A DNA stretch of 64,000 nucleotides from Clostridia bacterium (GCA_017452475.1 JAFTMJ010000053.1:1512-65511), one strand, 5' to 3'; counted from the first letter of the stretch, positions 39,509-49,716 are shown. Notes: generated by a model not told the origin, from the sequence alone. Translations and numbers: made by a program.

Positions 39509-41470
39509 TTATTCAAGCTCAAAAGCGCCTGTATAAAGCTGGTAGTATTTTCCCCTTTGTTGAATTAAATCATCGTGGGAGCCACGCTCGATTATCCTGC
39601 CCTTATCAAGCACCATAATAACATCGGAGTTCTTAATTGTGGATAAGCGGTGGGCGATTACAAATACAGTTCTGCCCTGCATTAGTGCATCCATTCCTGC
39701 GGAAACAATTGCCTCGGTTCTTGTGTCGATAGATGAGGTTGCCTCATCAAGAATCATAACAGGCGGGTCAGCAACTGCGGCGCGTGCAATGGAGATAAGC
39801 TGCCTTTGTCCCTGTGAAAGTCCGCTGCCGTTGCCTGTTAAAACAGTGTTGTATCCGTCTGGGAGCATAGTAATAAAGCTATGTGCATTTGCGCGCTTAG
39901 CCGCCGCTATACATTCCTCATCAGTTGCATCAAGCTTGCCGTACCTTATGTTGTCCATTACAGTTCCTGTAAACAGGTTTACATCCTGCAAAACAACACC
40001 GAGGGAACGGCGCAGGTCGCTTTTTCTAATCTTGTTAATGTTAATGCCGTCATATCTTATTTTTCCGTCAGCAATATCGTAGAAGCGGTTAATAAGGTTG
40101 GTAATGGTAGTTTTGCCTGCACCGGTTGCGCCTACAAAAGCAATCTTTTGTCCCGGCTCTGCATAAAGGGAAATATCGTGCAATACTATCTTTTCCTCGT
40201 TATATCCAAAGTCCACCTGGTTAAGCCGCACATCGCCCGTTAGCTTCGTGTAGGTAACGGTGCCGTCGGAAGCGTGTGGGTGCTTCCAAGCCCACATTCC
40301 TGTGCGCTCCTCACACTCTGTAATTTCGCCGTTTTCACCGTATTTTGCGTTAACTAAGGTTACATATCCCTCGTCAACCTCGGCAGGCTCGTCAATCAGC
40401 TCAAAAATTCTGTCCGCACCGGCAAGACCCATTATAATTGCGTTAGCCTGCTGTGAAAGCTGCGAAACATTATTTGTAAACTGCTTAGACATTCCAAGGA
40501 AAGGAATAATTGTGGCAATATTTAGGTCCTGACCTGATATGGAAATATTCGGCACATCAAAGAAATAGAGAATAGTTCCTGTCAAAACAAGTAAAACATA
40601 AAGGATATGACCCAAGTTATTAATGATAGGCATAAGAGTATTTGCATACTTATTAGCCGTTGTTGCGTCATTGCAAAGCTGCTCGTTAAGGGCATTAAAC
40701 TCTGCCTTTGTCTTTGGCTCGTGGTTGAAAACCTTAACAACCTTTTGACCGTTAATCATTTCCTCAATATAGCCTTCGCATTTGCCGAGGGATTTTTGCT
40801 GCTTAACAAAGTACTTTGCACCGCCACCGCCGATTTTTTTCGAGGTTATGAGCATAAGCATAACACCGAAAAGAACAACAAGGGTCATCCATAAGCTAAA
40901 GTAGAGCATAATGAAAAGCACGGTTACAAGTATAATGCATGAGGTAATGATTTGCGGAAGCGACTGTGACACTAACTGTCTTAATGTGTCAATATCGTTT
41001 GTGTAGTATGACATAATGTCGCCGTGCTTGTGGGTGTCAAAATATTTAATAGGCAGGCGTTGCATTTTGTCAAACATAACTGTTCTCATTTTGTGCAAGA
41101 AGCCTTGAGTGATAACAGCCATAGTCCTTGTCTTAACAAAGGAGGCAATCAAGCCCAAAACATAGATGCAAATAAGAACGGAAACTGCGCTGATAATGTC
41201 GGGAAGCACAGCATCTAACGCGGATTCTGCACTGTTGCCCTCCGAAACAAGTCCAAGGCCTGTTTCAGCCGCGGTTAAAACCTTGTTTTGGAAAATACCG
41301 GGCAGGGCTGTTGCCAAGGAGCTTAATCCAATGCAAACAAGCACCAAAATAAATGGTAGCTTGTAGTATTTGGTAACATAGCCAATCAAGCGCTTGAAAG
41401 TGCCCTTTTTTGCTTTTCTTGTGGGTCTGCCCATTTTTGGGCCACGGGGGTTACTCATTGGTCTGCTCAT
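39509..41470 (-). CDS. ABC exporter fused permease/ATPase subunit (heterodimer partner B)
   Basis: Six TM helices plus an NBD with Walker A GATGAGKTT, signature LSQGQRQL and Walker B ILDEATSSID. Confidence 0.9.
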   Translation of the reverse strand: MSRPMSNPRGPKMGRPTRKAKKGTFKRLIGYVTKYYKLPFILVLVCIGLSSLATALPGIFQNKVLTAAETGLGLVSEGNSAESALDAVLPDIISAVSVLICIYVLGLIASFVKTRTMAVITQGFLHKMRTVMFDKMQRLPIKYFDTHKHGDIMSYYTNDIDTLRQLVSQSLPQIITSCIILVTVLFIMLYFSLWMTLVVLFGVMLMLITSKKIGGGGAKYFVKQQKSLGKCEGYIEEMINGQKVVKVFNHEPKTKAEFNALNEQLCNDATTANKYANTLMPIINNLGHILYVLLVLTGTILYFFDVPNISISGQDLNIATIIPFLGMSKQFTNNVSQLSQQANAIIMGLAGADRIFELIDEPAEVDEGYVTLVNAKYGENGEITECEERTGMWAWKHPHASDGTVTYTKLTGDVRLNQVDFGYNEEKIVLHDISLYAEPGQKIAFVGATGAGKTTITNLINRFYDIADGKIRYDGININKIRKSDLRRSLGVVLQDVNLFTGTVMDNIRYGKLDATDEECIAAAKRANAHSFITMLPDGYNTVLTGNGSGLSQGQRQLISIARAAVADPPVMILDEATSSIDTRTEAIVSAGMDALMQGRTVFVIAHRLSTIKNSDVIMVLDKGRIIERGSHDDLIQQRGKYYQLYTGAFELE

Positions 41471-43299
41471 TCCATCTTACCCCCTTTTGTCTGCGATTCA
41501 TAAATTTCCTTGTAAATAGCGTTGCTTTGAACAAGCTCACTGTGTGTGCCAATGCCGTCTATTTTACCGTCGTCAAGAATAACTATAATGTCAGCATCCT
41601 CAACGCTGGAAATTCTTTGTGCGATAATAATTTTTGTTGTGTCGGGAATTTCCTCTGCAAATGCCCTTCGTATCATAGCATCTGTCCTTGTGTCAACTGC
41701 GCTTGTAGAGTCATCAAGGATAAGAATTTTCGGCTTTTTAAGTAAGGCTCTTGCAATGCAAAGGCGCTGCTTTTGTCCTCCCGAAACGTTTGTGCCTCCC
41801 TGCTCAATGTAGGTGTCATATTTGTCGGGGAAGGACTGTATAAATTCATCAGCGCAAGCAAGCTTGCACACCCTCTCCATTTCCTCATCGGTTGCGTTTT
41901 CGTTACCCCAACGCAAGTTGTCCTTAATAGTGCCGGAGAAAAGCACATTCTTTTGCAAAACCATGCTAACACTGTCACGCAGGGTAACAAGGTCATAATC
42001 CTTTACATCAACACCGCCGACCAAAACCTGACCCACGGTTGCATCGTAAAGTCGAGGAATTAGCTGCACAAGGGTGGATTTTGCGCTACCCGTGCCGCCG
42101 ATAACACCCACGGTTTGTCCCGATTTGATATGCAAATCAACATCGGACAGGGCAAATCTTTCAGCGCGTTGTGAGTACTTAAAGCTAACACCCTTAAAGT
42201 CAATATCTCCGTTTTCAACCTTCATAACAGGATTTTCGGGGTTCTTTATGGTGGTGTCCTCGTTCAAAACCTCGCAAATACGCTTTGCGCACTCTGTTGA
42301 CATTGTAATCATTACAAAAATCATTGAAAGCATCATTAAGCTCATAAGTATTTGCATACCGTAGGTAAGAAGGGCGGAGAATTCACCGATAATAATGTCG
42401 CCCGTAACAATAGCCTGTGAGCCGAATAAGCAAACAAAGGTCATAACCGCATACATGCAAAAGAGCATAATAGGGTCGTTGAAGGCAAGGATTTTGTCAG
42501 CCTTTAAAAAGTCGTTTGCCACATTGCCTGAGGCAACTTCAAATTTTTCGCTTTCGTGCTCCTCTCGAACAAAGGACTTAACAACCCTCATACCGTGTAC
42601 ATTTTCCTGCACGGATTCGTTAAGTGCATCGTACTTCTTAAACACTTTTTTGAAAATAGGCATTGCCTTTCTCGCAATGGTGATTAAGCCGAAAAGCAAA
42701 ATAGGAATTACAACAACGAAAATAAGTGACATAGCGCCGCCACGGATAATGGACATTATAATTGAGAAAATGAACATTAAGGGGGAGCGAATAGCCGTTC
42801 TTATAATCATCATAAAGGACTGCTGTACATTTGTAACATCGGTTGTCAGCCTTGTAACCAGGCTTGATGTGGAGAACTTATCTACATTTTCAAATGAGAA
42901 GCTCTGGGTCCTATCGAAAAGCTCTGAGCGCAGATTCTTTGCAAAGCCGCAGGATGCGCGCGAGCAGGTAATTCCCGCCACAGCGCCGAAGGTAAGGGAG
43001 CAAAGTGCCATAAGCACCAAAAGTATACAGTAGCCGCCAACAACAGCCAAGGGCTTGTCGGGAATTATCATTTCCACAAATGAAATAAACCACTTGGTAA
43101 GTATAGCGTCACTTACAACATAGTCTTGCTGAACATAAGTGATTAAATCCGCAGTGAAAAACGGAATCAAGCATTCCATAACCACCTCAAGGGAAACGAT
43201 AATAGGCGTTAAAATCGCATATATCTTGTACTTACCCACATAAGAGGCAAGCTGCTTGAAATTCTTAATCATTTCATCATCCTTTCTATATACTGACAA
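41467..43299 (-). CDS. ABC exporter fused permease/ATPase subunit (heterodimer partner A)
   Basis: Walker A GGTGSAKST, signature VSGGQKQR, Walker B ILDDSTSAVD; 4-nt overlap with the downstream partner. Confidence 0.9.
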   Translation of the reverse strand: MSVYRKDDEMIKNFKQLASYVGKYKIYAILTPIIVSLEVVMECLIPFFTADLITYVQQDYVVSDAILTKWFISFVEMIIPDKPLAVVGGYCILLVLMALCSLTFGAVAGITCSRASCGFAKNLRSELFDRTQSFSFENVDKFSTSSLVTRLTTDVTNVQQSFMMIIRTAIRSPLMFIFSIIMSIIRGGAMSLIFVVVIPILLFGLITIARKAMPIFKKVFKKYDALNESVQENVHGMRVVKSFVREEHESEKFEVASGNVANDFLKADKILAFNDPIMLFCMYAVMTFVCLFGSQAIVTGDIIIGEFSALLTYGMQILMSLMMLSMIFVMITMSTECAKRICEVLNEDTTIKNPENPVMKVENGDIDFKGVSFKYSQRAERFALSDVDLHIKSGQTVGVIGGTGSAKSTLVQLIPRLYDATVGQVLVGGVDVKDYDLVTLRDSVSMVLQKNVLFSGTIKDNLRWGNENATDEEMERVCKLACADEFIQSFPDKYDTYIEQGGTNVSGGQKQRLCIARALLKKPKILILDDSTSAVDTRTDAMIRRAFAEEIPDTTKIIIAQRISSVEDADIIVILDDGKIDGIGTHSELVQSNAIYKEIYESQTKGGKME

Positions 43300-43371
43300 T
43301 TTACTAAGTAATTATATCACTCGCTTTTTTTATTGTCAATTAAATGGCAAATATTTTATGTGAAATTTTTG

Positions 43372-43399
43372 TTAAAAAAACAGGGGTGTGTCCCCTGTA
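43372..43399 (-). terminator. intrinsic terminator after mrnC (minus strand)
   Basis: On the minus strand: ACAGGGGACACACCCCTGT followed by TTTTTTT. Confidence 0.6.
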
Positions 43400-43401
43400 A
43401 A

Positions 43402-43776
43402 TTATTGTAAATCGGGATAAGCTAAGGTAAAAAGCTCATTAATTCTGCTTTCGTTGTTTACAAGGCGCAAATAACCGAAAACAGCTTCGAAGCCTGTCGC
43501 AATTTTGTACTCAATGGGAGAGGCGCTTTTCGGTATATTTAAGTGGGAGCAATTCCTTCCGCGGTTGAAAATAGATGCTTCCTCCTCAGTTAAGCAGCCT
43601 TCAATCCTTTTGTACGCAATGCATTGGTTAACGGCGGTAACATATTTAAGAGCTTCTTTGTTTAGATGGGCGGATTTTTCAAAGCCCTTTAAAATAAGAG
43701 CCCTTCGTATAAGCCCCTCAAGCACCGCATCCCCAAGGTAGGCGTGGGCACCTGCATTCAGCTGAAAAAAGTCCAT
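43402..43776 (-). CDS. mrnC: Mini-ribonuclease 3
   Basis: AHAYLGDAVLEGLIRR, RGRN and ATGFEAVFGYLRL match Mini-III (B. subtilis MrnC) motifs. Confidence 0.85.
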   Translation of the reverse strand: MDFFQLNAGAHAYLGDAVLEGLIRRALILKGFEKSAHLNKEALKYVTAVNQCIAYKRIEGCLTEEEASIFNRGRNCSHLNIPKSASPIEYKIATGFEAVFGYLRLVNNESRINELFTLAYPDLQ

Positions 43777-43919
43777 AAATTACCTCCAAAATACCAAAGC
43801 TAATAATATGTTAACATAAATTAATATAATAATCAAGTAACAGGCTTGAAAAAAATCAACAAATATGGTAAAATTAAAATGTATTTGTTTGTCCATTTTA
43901 AAAAATTGGAGGAATTTTA

Positions 43920-45374
43920 ATGTCTGTTACAGCTTATGATGTTGCAATAATCGGCGCAGGAATTTCGGGCGCCATTACCGCATTTCAGCTTGCAAAATAT
44001 AATTTAAAAACGGTCGTTTTGGAGGCAGGAATTGATGTTGCCTCAGGCTCAACCCGTGCCAATTCTGCCATTGTTCACGCAGGCTACGACGCAAAGGAGG
44101 GTACGCTTAAGGCGCAGCTTAACGTTCGCGGCTGTGAGCTTATGGAGGGGGTGGCTGCCCAGCTGGGCGTTCATTATTCCCGTTGCGGCTCCCTTGTTAT
44201 AGGATACACGGAGAAGGACCTAAAGCACCTAAAGCTTTTAATGGCGCGCGGAGAGGTTAACGGCGTGCCCGGCCTTGAAATAATTGATGAAAAGCGCTTG
44301 CACGAAATGGAGCCTAAGGTTTCACAGGATGCAAAGTATGCGCTGTGGGCGCCAAGCGCAGGCATTGTTTGCCCATATGATTTGGCGTATGCCCTTTGTG
44401 AAAATGCCGCCACCAACGGCACAAAATTCCACTTTGAGTTCAAGGTGTCCAAAATTGATTATGATGACGGCTACTATATAGTTTGTGACGGCAAAAAGAA
44501 GGTTAAGGCAAAATATGTCATTAACGCGGCAGGCTTGTTCGTTGATGAAATAGCAGGTATGGTTGGGGAAAAGCTCCCGTTTGATATAATTCCCCGCCGC
44601 GGAGAATATATGCTCCTTGACAAGGGAGAAATTAAAACCGCATCCCACACGCTTTTTGTTACCCCAAGTGAAAAGGGAAAGGGTATTTTGATTTCTCCAA
44701 CGGTTGACGGTAATATAATTGTGGGTCCTAATGCAAACGTGGTTGATTCTAAGCTTGACACCAGCGTTACCGAGGAGGGCCTTGAGGAAATTGCCGAGGG
44801 CGCCATGGTTATCGTGCCAAGCATTAATCTTGATGCCACAATTACCACCTTTGCAGGCGTGCGTGCCACCCCAACAAGCGGAGATTTCTATATTCAGGAG
44901 TCAAAGAAGAATAAGCGCTTCATCCACGTCGCGGGCATTGAGTCCCCGGGTCTTGCCTCTGCCCCTGCCATTGGCGAATATGTTCTTGACATACTCAAAA
45001 ATTGCGGGCTTGAGCTTACCGAAAGGGAGGATTATATTCCAACAAGGACAAGGGAGGGCAACTGCAAGCTCTTTTACGAAATGTCCGAGGAGGAAAGGGT
45101 CGAGGCAATTAAAAAGGACCCAAGGTATGCAAAAATTATCTGCCGCTGCGAAATGGTAACGGAGGGGGATTTGATTAACGCAATCCACCGCCCAATCCCT
45201 GCCCACACAATAGATATGATAAAGCGCCGTACCCGTGCAGGCATGGGTAGGTGCCAGGGTAACTATTGCCGTGCAAGAATTGCCGAGGTTATATCCTCGG
45301 AGTGCGATATTCCATTAAGCGAGGTTAAGAAGTTTTATTCAAACTCCAACCTATTATATAGGAAAACGAAATGA
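43920..45374 (+). CDS. FAD-dependent oxidoreductase, GlpA-like glycerol-3-phosphate dehydrogenase with BFD-like [2Fe-2S] domain
   Basis: YDVAIIGAGISGA FAD fold; C-terminal IICRCEMVTEGDLINAI...GMGRCQGNYC is a BFD-like Fe-S domain. Confidence 0.8.
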   Translation: MSVTAYDVAIIGAGISGAITAFQLAKYNLKTVVLEAGIDVASGSTRANSAIVHAGYDAKEGTLKAQLNVRGCELMEGVAAQLGVHYSRCGSLVIGYTEKDLKHLKLLMARGEVNGVPGLEIIDEKRLHEMEPKVSQDAKYALWAPSAGIVCPYDLAYALCENAATNGTKFHFEFKVSKIDYDDGYYIVCDGKKKVKAKYVINAAGLFVDEIAGMVGEKLPFDIIPRRGEYMLLDKGEIKTASHTLFVTPSEKGKGILISPTVDGNIIVGPNANVVDSKLDTSVTEEGLEEIAEGAMVIVPSINLDATITTFAGVRATPTSGDFYIQESKKNKRFIHVAGIESPGLASAPAIGEYVLDILKNCGLELTEREDYIPTRTREGNCKLFYEMSEEERVEAIKKDPRYAKIICRCEMVTEGDLINAIHRPIPAHTIDMIKRRTRAGMGRCQGNYCRARIAEVISSECDIPLSEVKKFYSNSNLLYRKTK

Positions 45375-46690
45375 GTGAATTAATAAATAAAAAAGTAGTA
45401 ATTATCGGCTCAGGTCCTGCGGGGCTTGTGTGCGCCCTTTCCTGCTGTCAAAACGGGATTGAGCCCTCCGATATGCTTATAATAGAGCGTGAAAGTGAAA
45501 TTGGCGGCACCCTTAACCAATGCATCCATTCGGGCTTTGGCAAGAGCTATCTTGACGAGGTTGTTACAGGAACTGAGCTTGCTTCTATGCTCTCGGACGG
45601 TATTCGCCAGCTTGAAATTGAGTATATTACAGACTCAACGGTATTGTCCGTTGACAAGCAAAAGAGGATAAGGGTTGTTTCCCCAAAATACGGCTATTGC
45701 ACCATCAAGGCGGAATCTATCGTTCTTGCTATGGGCTGCCGTGAAAAAACAAAGGGTGCGCTTCAAATCGGCGGCACCCGTCCTGCAGGCGTTTTTTCTG
45801 CAGGCGCCGTTCAAAGAATTGTTAACATTAAGGGCTATATGCCGGGCAAGCGCACTGTTGTGTTAGGCTCGGGTGACTTGGCTATGATAGTTGCGCGCCG
45901 TCTTGTTTTAGAGGGCGGGCGTGTTGTTTGCGTCTGTGAGCCGAAGCCGTATGCAGAGGGCTCCGATGAAAACATCAAGGAGTGCTTGGATGATTTTGAT
46001 ATACCTCTTTATTGCTCCCATTCCGTTACAAGAATTTTGGGTAAGGGAAGGATAGAGGCGGTTGAAATCTCCCACGTTGATAAGCGAGGCAAAATTGTTA
46101 AAGGCACCGCAAAGCGGGTTAAGTGCGACTCCTTTGTGTACCAATGCGGTCTTGTACCCGAAAACGAGATAATTAAGGACACAGGCATTAGGCTTGACAC
46201 ACGCACAAGGGGCGCGTATGTTAACCAGTACTTTGAAACAAATGTAAGGGGCATATTTACCTGCGGTAATGCTGTCAGAATACACGACCTTGTTGACTAC
46301 ATTGTTGAGGAGGCACAGGTTGTTGGCTCGGCTGTTAAGCGCTATCTTGACAACAAGACCGAAAAGCCCGAAAGGGTTATTAGAATTAAAAACGGAGAAA
46401 GAATTTTGTACTCCGTTCCTCAGCATATAGATGTTTATGATGATATTGAGGACTGCGTTATTTACTTTAGAGTAAACGGTAAGTACAAAAACCTGCTCAT
46501 AACCGTAAAAAAGGACGGGGAGGTAATCTATTCCCGTGAAAAGGGCAGTATGTCTTGGCTTGAAACAGGAAAAATTCAGTTAACTCGTGAGCTTGCCGAA
46601 AAAATCGGCGATGCTAAGGAAATTGTTATATGTGCATCGGAGAAGGAAGATGGAGCTAATATTGACAACAACGGTGAAGATAAGGAGTGA
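45371..46690 (+). CDS. NAD(P)/FAD-dependent pyridine nucleotide-disulfide-type oxidoreductase
   Basis: VVIIGSGPAGL and VVLGSGDLAM dinucleotide folds, TCGNA motif; overlaps the upstream stop by 4 nt. Confidence 0.8.
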   Translation: MSELINKKVVIIGSGPAGLVCALSCCQNGIEPSDMLIIERESEIGGTLNQCIHSGFGKSYLDEVVTGTELASMLSDGIRQLEIEYITDSTVLSVDKQKRIRVVSPKYGYCTIKAESIVLAMGCREKTKGALQIGGTRPAGVFSAGAVQRIVNIKGYMPGKRTVVLGSGDLAMIVARRLVLEGGRVVCVCEPKPYAEGSDENIKECLDDFDIPLYCSHSVTRILGKGRIEAVEISHVDKRGKIVKGTAKRVKCDSFVYQCGLVPENEIIKDTGIRLDTRTRGAYVNQYFETNVRGIFTCGNAVRIHDLVDYIVEEAQVVGSAVKRYLDNKTEKPERVIRIKNGERILYSVPQHIDVYDDIEDCVIYFRVNGKYKNLLITVKKDGEVIYSREKGSMSWLETGKIQLTRELAEKIGDAKEIVICASEKEDGANIDNNGEDKE

Positions 46691-46871
46691 AACATCCACC
46701 CTATTGCCCGTTAAAACCGATAAGCCGATAGAGCAGGAAAAGCTTAAAAAGGCAATGAAGAAAATTAATAAAATAGAGGTTTCTGCCCCTATAAATGTTG
46801 GGGATGTTATCCGCCGCAACTTTACCGAAAAGGGCATAAATCTCATTTCAACCAAAACGGTTGAAAGATAA
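46650..46871 (+). CDS. DUF1667-like protein, C-terminal half only (73 aa)
   Basis: TTVKIRSETSTLLPVKTDKPIEQEKLKKAMKKINKIEVSAPINVGDVI resembles the C-terminal half of DUF1667 proteins found after GlpA-like pairs. The ATG follows GGAGAAGGAAG. The Cys-rich N-terminal half is absent. Confidence 0.55.
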   Translation: MELILTTTVKIRSETSTLLPVKTDKPIEQEKLKKAMKKINKIEVSAPINVGDVIRRNFTEKGINLISTKTVER

Positions 46872-46938
46872 TTTTAAAAAATTTTAAAAAAGGTATTGCA
46901 AACTTGAAAAAACTGTGATAAAATAGTCGAGTAAATAC

Positions 46939-47025
46939 GCCGGTGTGATGGAATTGGCAGACGTGCTGGACTCAAAATCCAGTGGTAGCGATACCGTATC
47001 GGTTCGACCCCGATCACCGGCACCA
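46939..47025 (+). tRNA. tRNA-Leu (anticodon CAA), class II with long variable arm, encoded CCA
   Basis: Acceptor GCCGGTG/CACCGGC, anticodon stem CTGGA/TCCAG with loop CTCAAAA, variable arm TGGTAGCGATACCGT, T-arm ATCGG-TTCGACC-CCGAT, 3' ACCA. Confidence 0.95.
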
Positions 47026-47027
47026 CG

Positions 47028-47065
47028 AAAAGCCACACTTGTCTTTAGATAGTGTGGCTTTTTTC
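47028..47065 (+). terminator. intrinsic terminator after tRNA-Leu
   Basis: AGCCACACT-11 nt loop-AGTGTGGCT followed by TTTTTT. Confidence 0.75.
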
Positions 47066-47217
47066 AAATTAAGTGTCCCACTTCTCGAAACTTGAAGCTT
47101 GCGTCACAAGAGAGGCGCACCGCGTAAGTGAAGTGTACCTGCGGTAGCAGAGAGAGACCCAGTTGAACTGGGATATACAGCAGAAGAATAAATCAAGCTC
47201 CATACATAATGCAGCAT

Positions 47218-47252
47218 AAAAAATCAGCGGAAAATTTTCGCTGATTTTTTTG
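47218..47252 (+). terminator. second intrinsic terminator closing an ORF-free 150-nt segment
   Basis: AAAAAATCAGCG-GAAAATTTT-CGCTGATTTTTTT. Confidence 0.65.
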
Positions 47253-47336
47253 TTTCAAAGATTAAGTTTGTATTTACTTTTCGCTATATTTATGTTAGAA
47301 TTAATTTGATATATTATAACGAAACGGAAGCTAATA

Positions 47337-49703
47337 ATGACAGAACAAGAAAAGCAAAGATACATAAGGGCAAAGCGCGCCCTTTTTGACAAATATTATT
47401 CTTTTTTAAACGAGCCGCAAAGGGAGGCTGTGTATACAGTCAACGGTCCTGTTTTAATTTTGGCGGGAGCAGGCAGCGGCAAAACAACCGTGCTTGTAAA
47501 CAGAATTGCCCATATCATTAAATACGGCGATGCTTATTACAGCGACTATGTTCCCGAGTTTATAAACGGGGACGCAATTGAGGATATGGAAAATGCCGCA
47601 AAAAGCAGTGATAAGGAGCTTATCGAAAACTATTTGCGTGTCCTTTCCTTAGAGCCCTGTAAGGCATACAACATCTTAGCTATCACCTTTACAAACAAGG
47701 CGGCAAACGAAATAAAGTCAAGGCTTGAAAGCAAGCTTCGGGAAAGCGCGGCAGACATTTGGGCAGGCACCTTTCACTCCGTGTGTATGAAAATCCTTCG
47801 CTCCCACGGTGAAAAGGTTGGCTACCGTCCCGGCTTTAGCGTTTGCGACACGGATGATGCCAAAAAGGTCATCTCCAAGTGTATGAAGGACTTGAATATT
47901 GACGAAAAGTATTTGGCAATCAAAACCGTAATGAACGAAATCGGCAGGGCAAAGGATAAACTGCTAACCCCCGAGGAATATTCCCTTGAGGTTGGGGGAG
48001 ATGCAAAGTATAAGGATGTTGCCCGTGTTTATGAGCTTTATCAAAAGCGACTGATGGATTCAAATGTGCTTGACTTTGATGATATTATTATGAAAACCGT
48101 TCAGCTCTTTGAAAAGGATGAAAATGTGCTTTCATATTATCAAAAGAAATTCAAGTACATTTGCGTCGATGAGTATCAGGATACAAACAAGGCGCAGTTT
48201 ATTTTGGTTAAGTACTTGGGCGACCTTTACAGAAATGTAATGGTTGTCGGCGATGATGACCAGAGTATTTATAAGTTCCGCGGCGCAACAATAGAGAACA
48301 TTTTAAACTTTGATAAAACCTATTATGATGCCAAGGTTGTTAAGCTGGAGCAAAACTACCGTTCCACCTCAAATATTTTGAATGCCGCAAACAGCGTTAT
48401 CAAAAATAATCAGCATAAGCATATGAAAACACTGTGGTGCGATAACGAGGCGGGAGACAAGATAATAGTTAAGGAAACTCAAACACAAAACGATGAATCA
48501 AGGTACATAATTGACAAAATAGTCAGCCTTAAAAATGAAAAAAGCTTGGAGTACCGTGATTTTGCAATTCTTTATCGTATGAATGCACAGTCAATGAACC
48601 TGGAAACAATGTTTGCCAAAAGCGGTATTCCGTACCGTATGCTCGGCGCTCTTAGGTTCTATGACCGTAAGGAGGTAAAGGATATAATTGCATATTTGTC
48701 CGTTATCAATAACCCCAGCGACAGTATAAGGCTTCGCCGTATAATCAATGAGCCAAAGCGAAAGATTGGAGATGCGTCCTTTGATGCCGCATCCCAAATG
48801 GCGGAGGCGCTTGGTGTTCCTACCTTAGAGGTAATAAGGCACGCAACGGATTATAACGCAATTCCAAAGATTGCCGCAAACAGTATGGTTGCCTTTGCTA
48901 AAATAATAGATGAGCTGATGGATGAGCAGGAGGGCATGGCTCTTTCCGCCTTTGTCCGTCAGGTTATTAAGCGCACAGGCTATGAGTCAGCCCTTGTTGC
49001 CCTCGGTCAAAGTGAGGCGGAAAGGCTTGAAAACTTGGACTCCCTTTGCGAGGCGGTAAGGGAATATGAAAATGAGGCAGAGGAGCCAACCCTGTCGGGC
49101 TTCTTGGAGGAGGTTGCCCTCGTTTCCGATGTGGACCGCTACGATGAAAATGCCGATGCGGTAACGCTAATGACCATCCATAGCTCCAAGGGACTTGAAT
49201 TTCCTGTTGTTTTCCTGCCCGGAATGGAGGAAAATGTTTTTCCCGGCAGTCAGTCTATGGCTATGCCCTCGGAAATAGAGGAGGAGAGGCGTCTTGCCTA
49301 TGTTGCTATTACAAGGGCAAAGAAAAAGCTTATAATAACTCACGCTCGTGAGAGGATGCTTTACGGTATGACACAGCATAACCTGCTGTCCCGTTTTGTC
49401 CGTGAGATTGACCCTATGTACCTTGATGTGCAAAAGGACAGCACCTTTTCAAATATGCGCAGCAGCTTTAATAAGCCAAGTGCATCTCAGTACAATTTTA
49501 ACAATTACGCAAGGACAGAGAAGAAGGCGCCGGTTGTTGCCTTCAGTATAGGCGACAGGATAAAGCATATGACCTTTGGAGAGGGAACGATTTTAAACGT
49601 TATCCCTATGAGCACAGATTTTATGTATGAAATTGCATTTGATAATGTGGGCACTAAAAAGCTTATGGCGTCCTATGTTTCAAAGCTAATGAAAAAGATT
49701 TAA
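47337..49703 (+). CDS. pcrA: ATP-dependent DNA helicase PcrA (UvrD family)
   Basis: LNEPQREAV, GAGSGKTT, TFTNKAANE, VDEYQDTN, QNYRST, TIHSSKGLEFPVVF, YVAITRAKKKL. Confidence 0.95.
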   Translation: MTEQEKQRYIRAKRALFDKYYSFLNEPQREAVYTVNGPVLILAGAGSGKTTVLVNRIAHIIKYGDAYYSDYVPEFINGDAIEDMENAAKSSDKELIENYLRVLSLEPCKAYNILAITFTNKAANEIKSRLESKLRESAADIWAGTFHSVCMKILRSHGEKVGYRPGFSVCDTDDAKKVISKCMKDLNIDEKYLAIKTVMNEIGRAKDKLLTPEEYSLEVGGDAKYKDVARVYELYQKRLMDSNVLDFDDIIMKTVQLFEKDENVLSYYQKKFKYICVDEYQDTNKAQFILVKYLGDLYRNVMVVGDDDQSIYKFRGATIENILNFDKTYYDAKVVKLEQNYRSTSNILNAANSVIKNNQHKHMKTLWCDNEAGDKIIVKETQTQNDESRYIIDKIVSLKNEKSLEYRDFAILYRMNAQSMNLETMFAKSGIPYRMLGALRFYDRKEVKDIIAYLSVINNPSDSIRLRRIINEPKRKIGDASFDAASQMAEALGVPTLEVIRHATDYNAIPKIAANSMVAFAKIIDELMDEQEGMALSAFVRQVIKRTGYESALVALGQSEAERLENLDSLCEAVREYENEAEEPTLSGFLEEVALVSDVDRYDENADAVTLMTIHSSKGLEFPVVFLPGMEENVFPGSQSMAMPSEIEEERRLAYVAITRAKKKLIITHARERMLYGMTQHNLLSRFVREIDPMYLDVQKDSTFSNMRSSFNKPSASQYNFNNYARTEKKAPVVAFSIGDRIKHMTFGEGTILNVIPMSTDFMYEIAFDNVGTKKLMASYVSKLMKKI

Positions 49704-49716
49704 GGAGATAATAAAA

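Noticed and set aside
46939-47025. tRNA-Leu as an integration hot spot for a genomic island
   Set aside because: I found no direct repeat of the tRNA 3' half anywhere downstream, and the flanking genes (GlpA-like trio, pcrA) look like core genes of host composition.
47078-47089. CCACTTCTCGAA shared between the tRNA-Leu downstream region and 63817-63828, considered as possible att sites of a large element
   Set aside because: It is only a 12-nt exact match, and many such matches are expected by chance in 64 kb. The intervening genes include core functions (pcrA), and no copy of the tRNA 3' end is present at the distal site.
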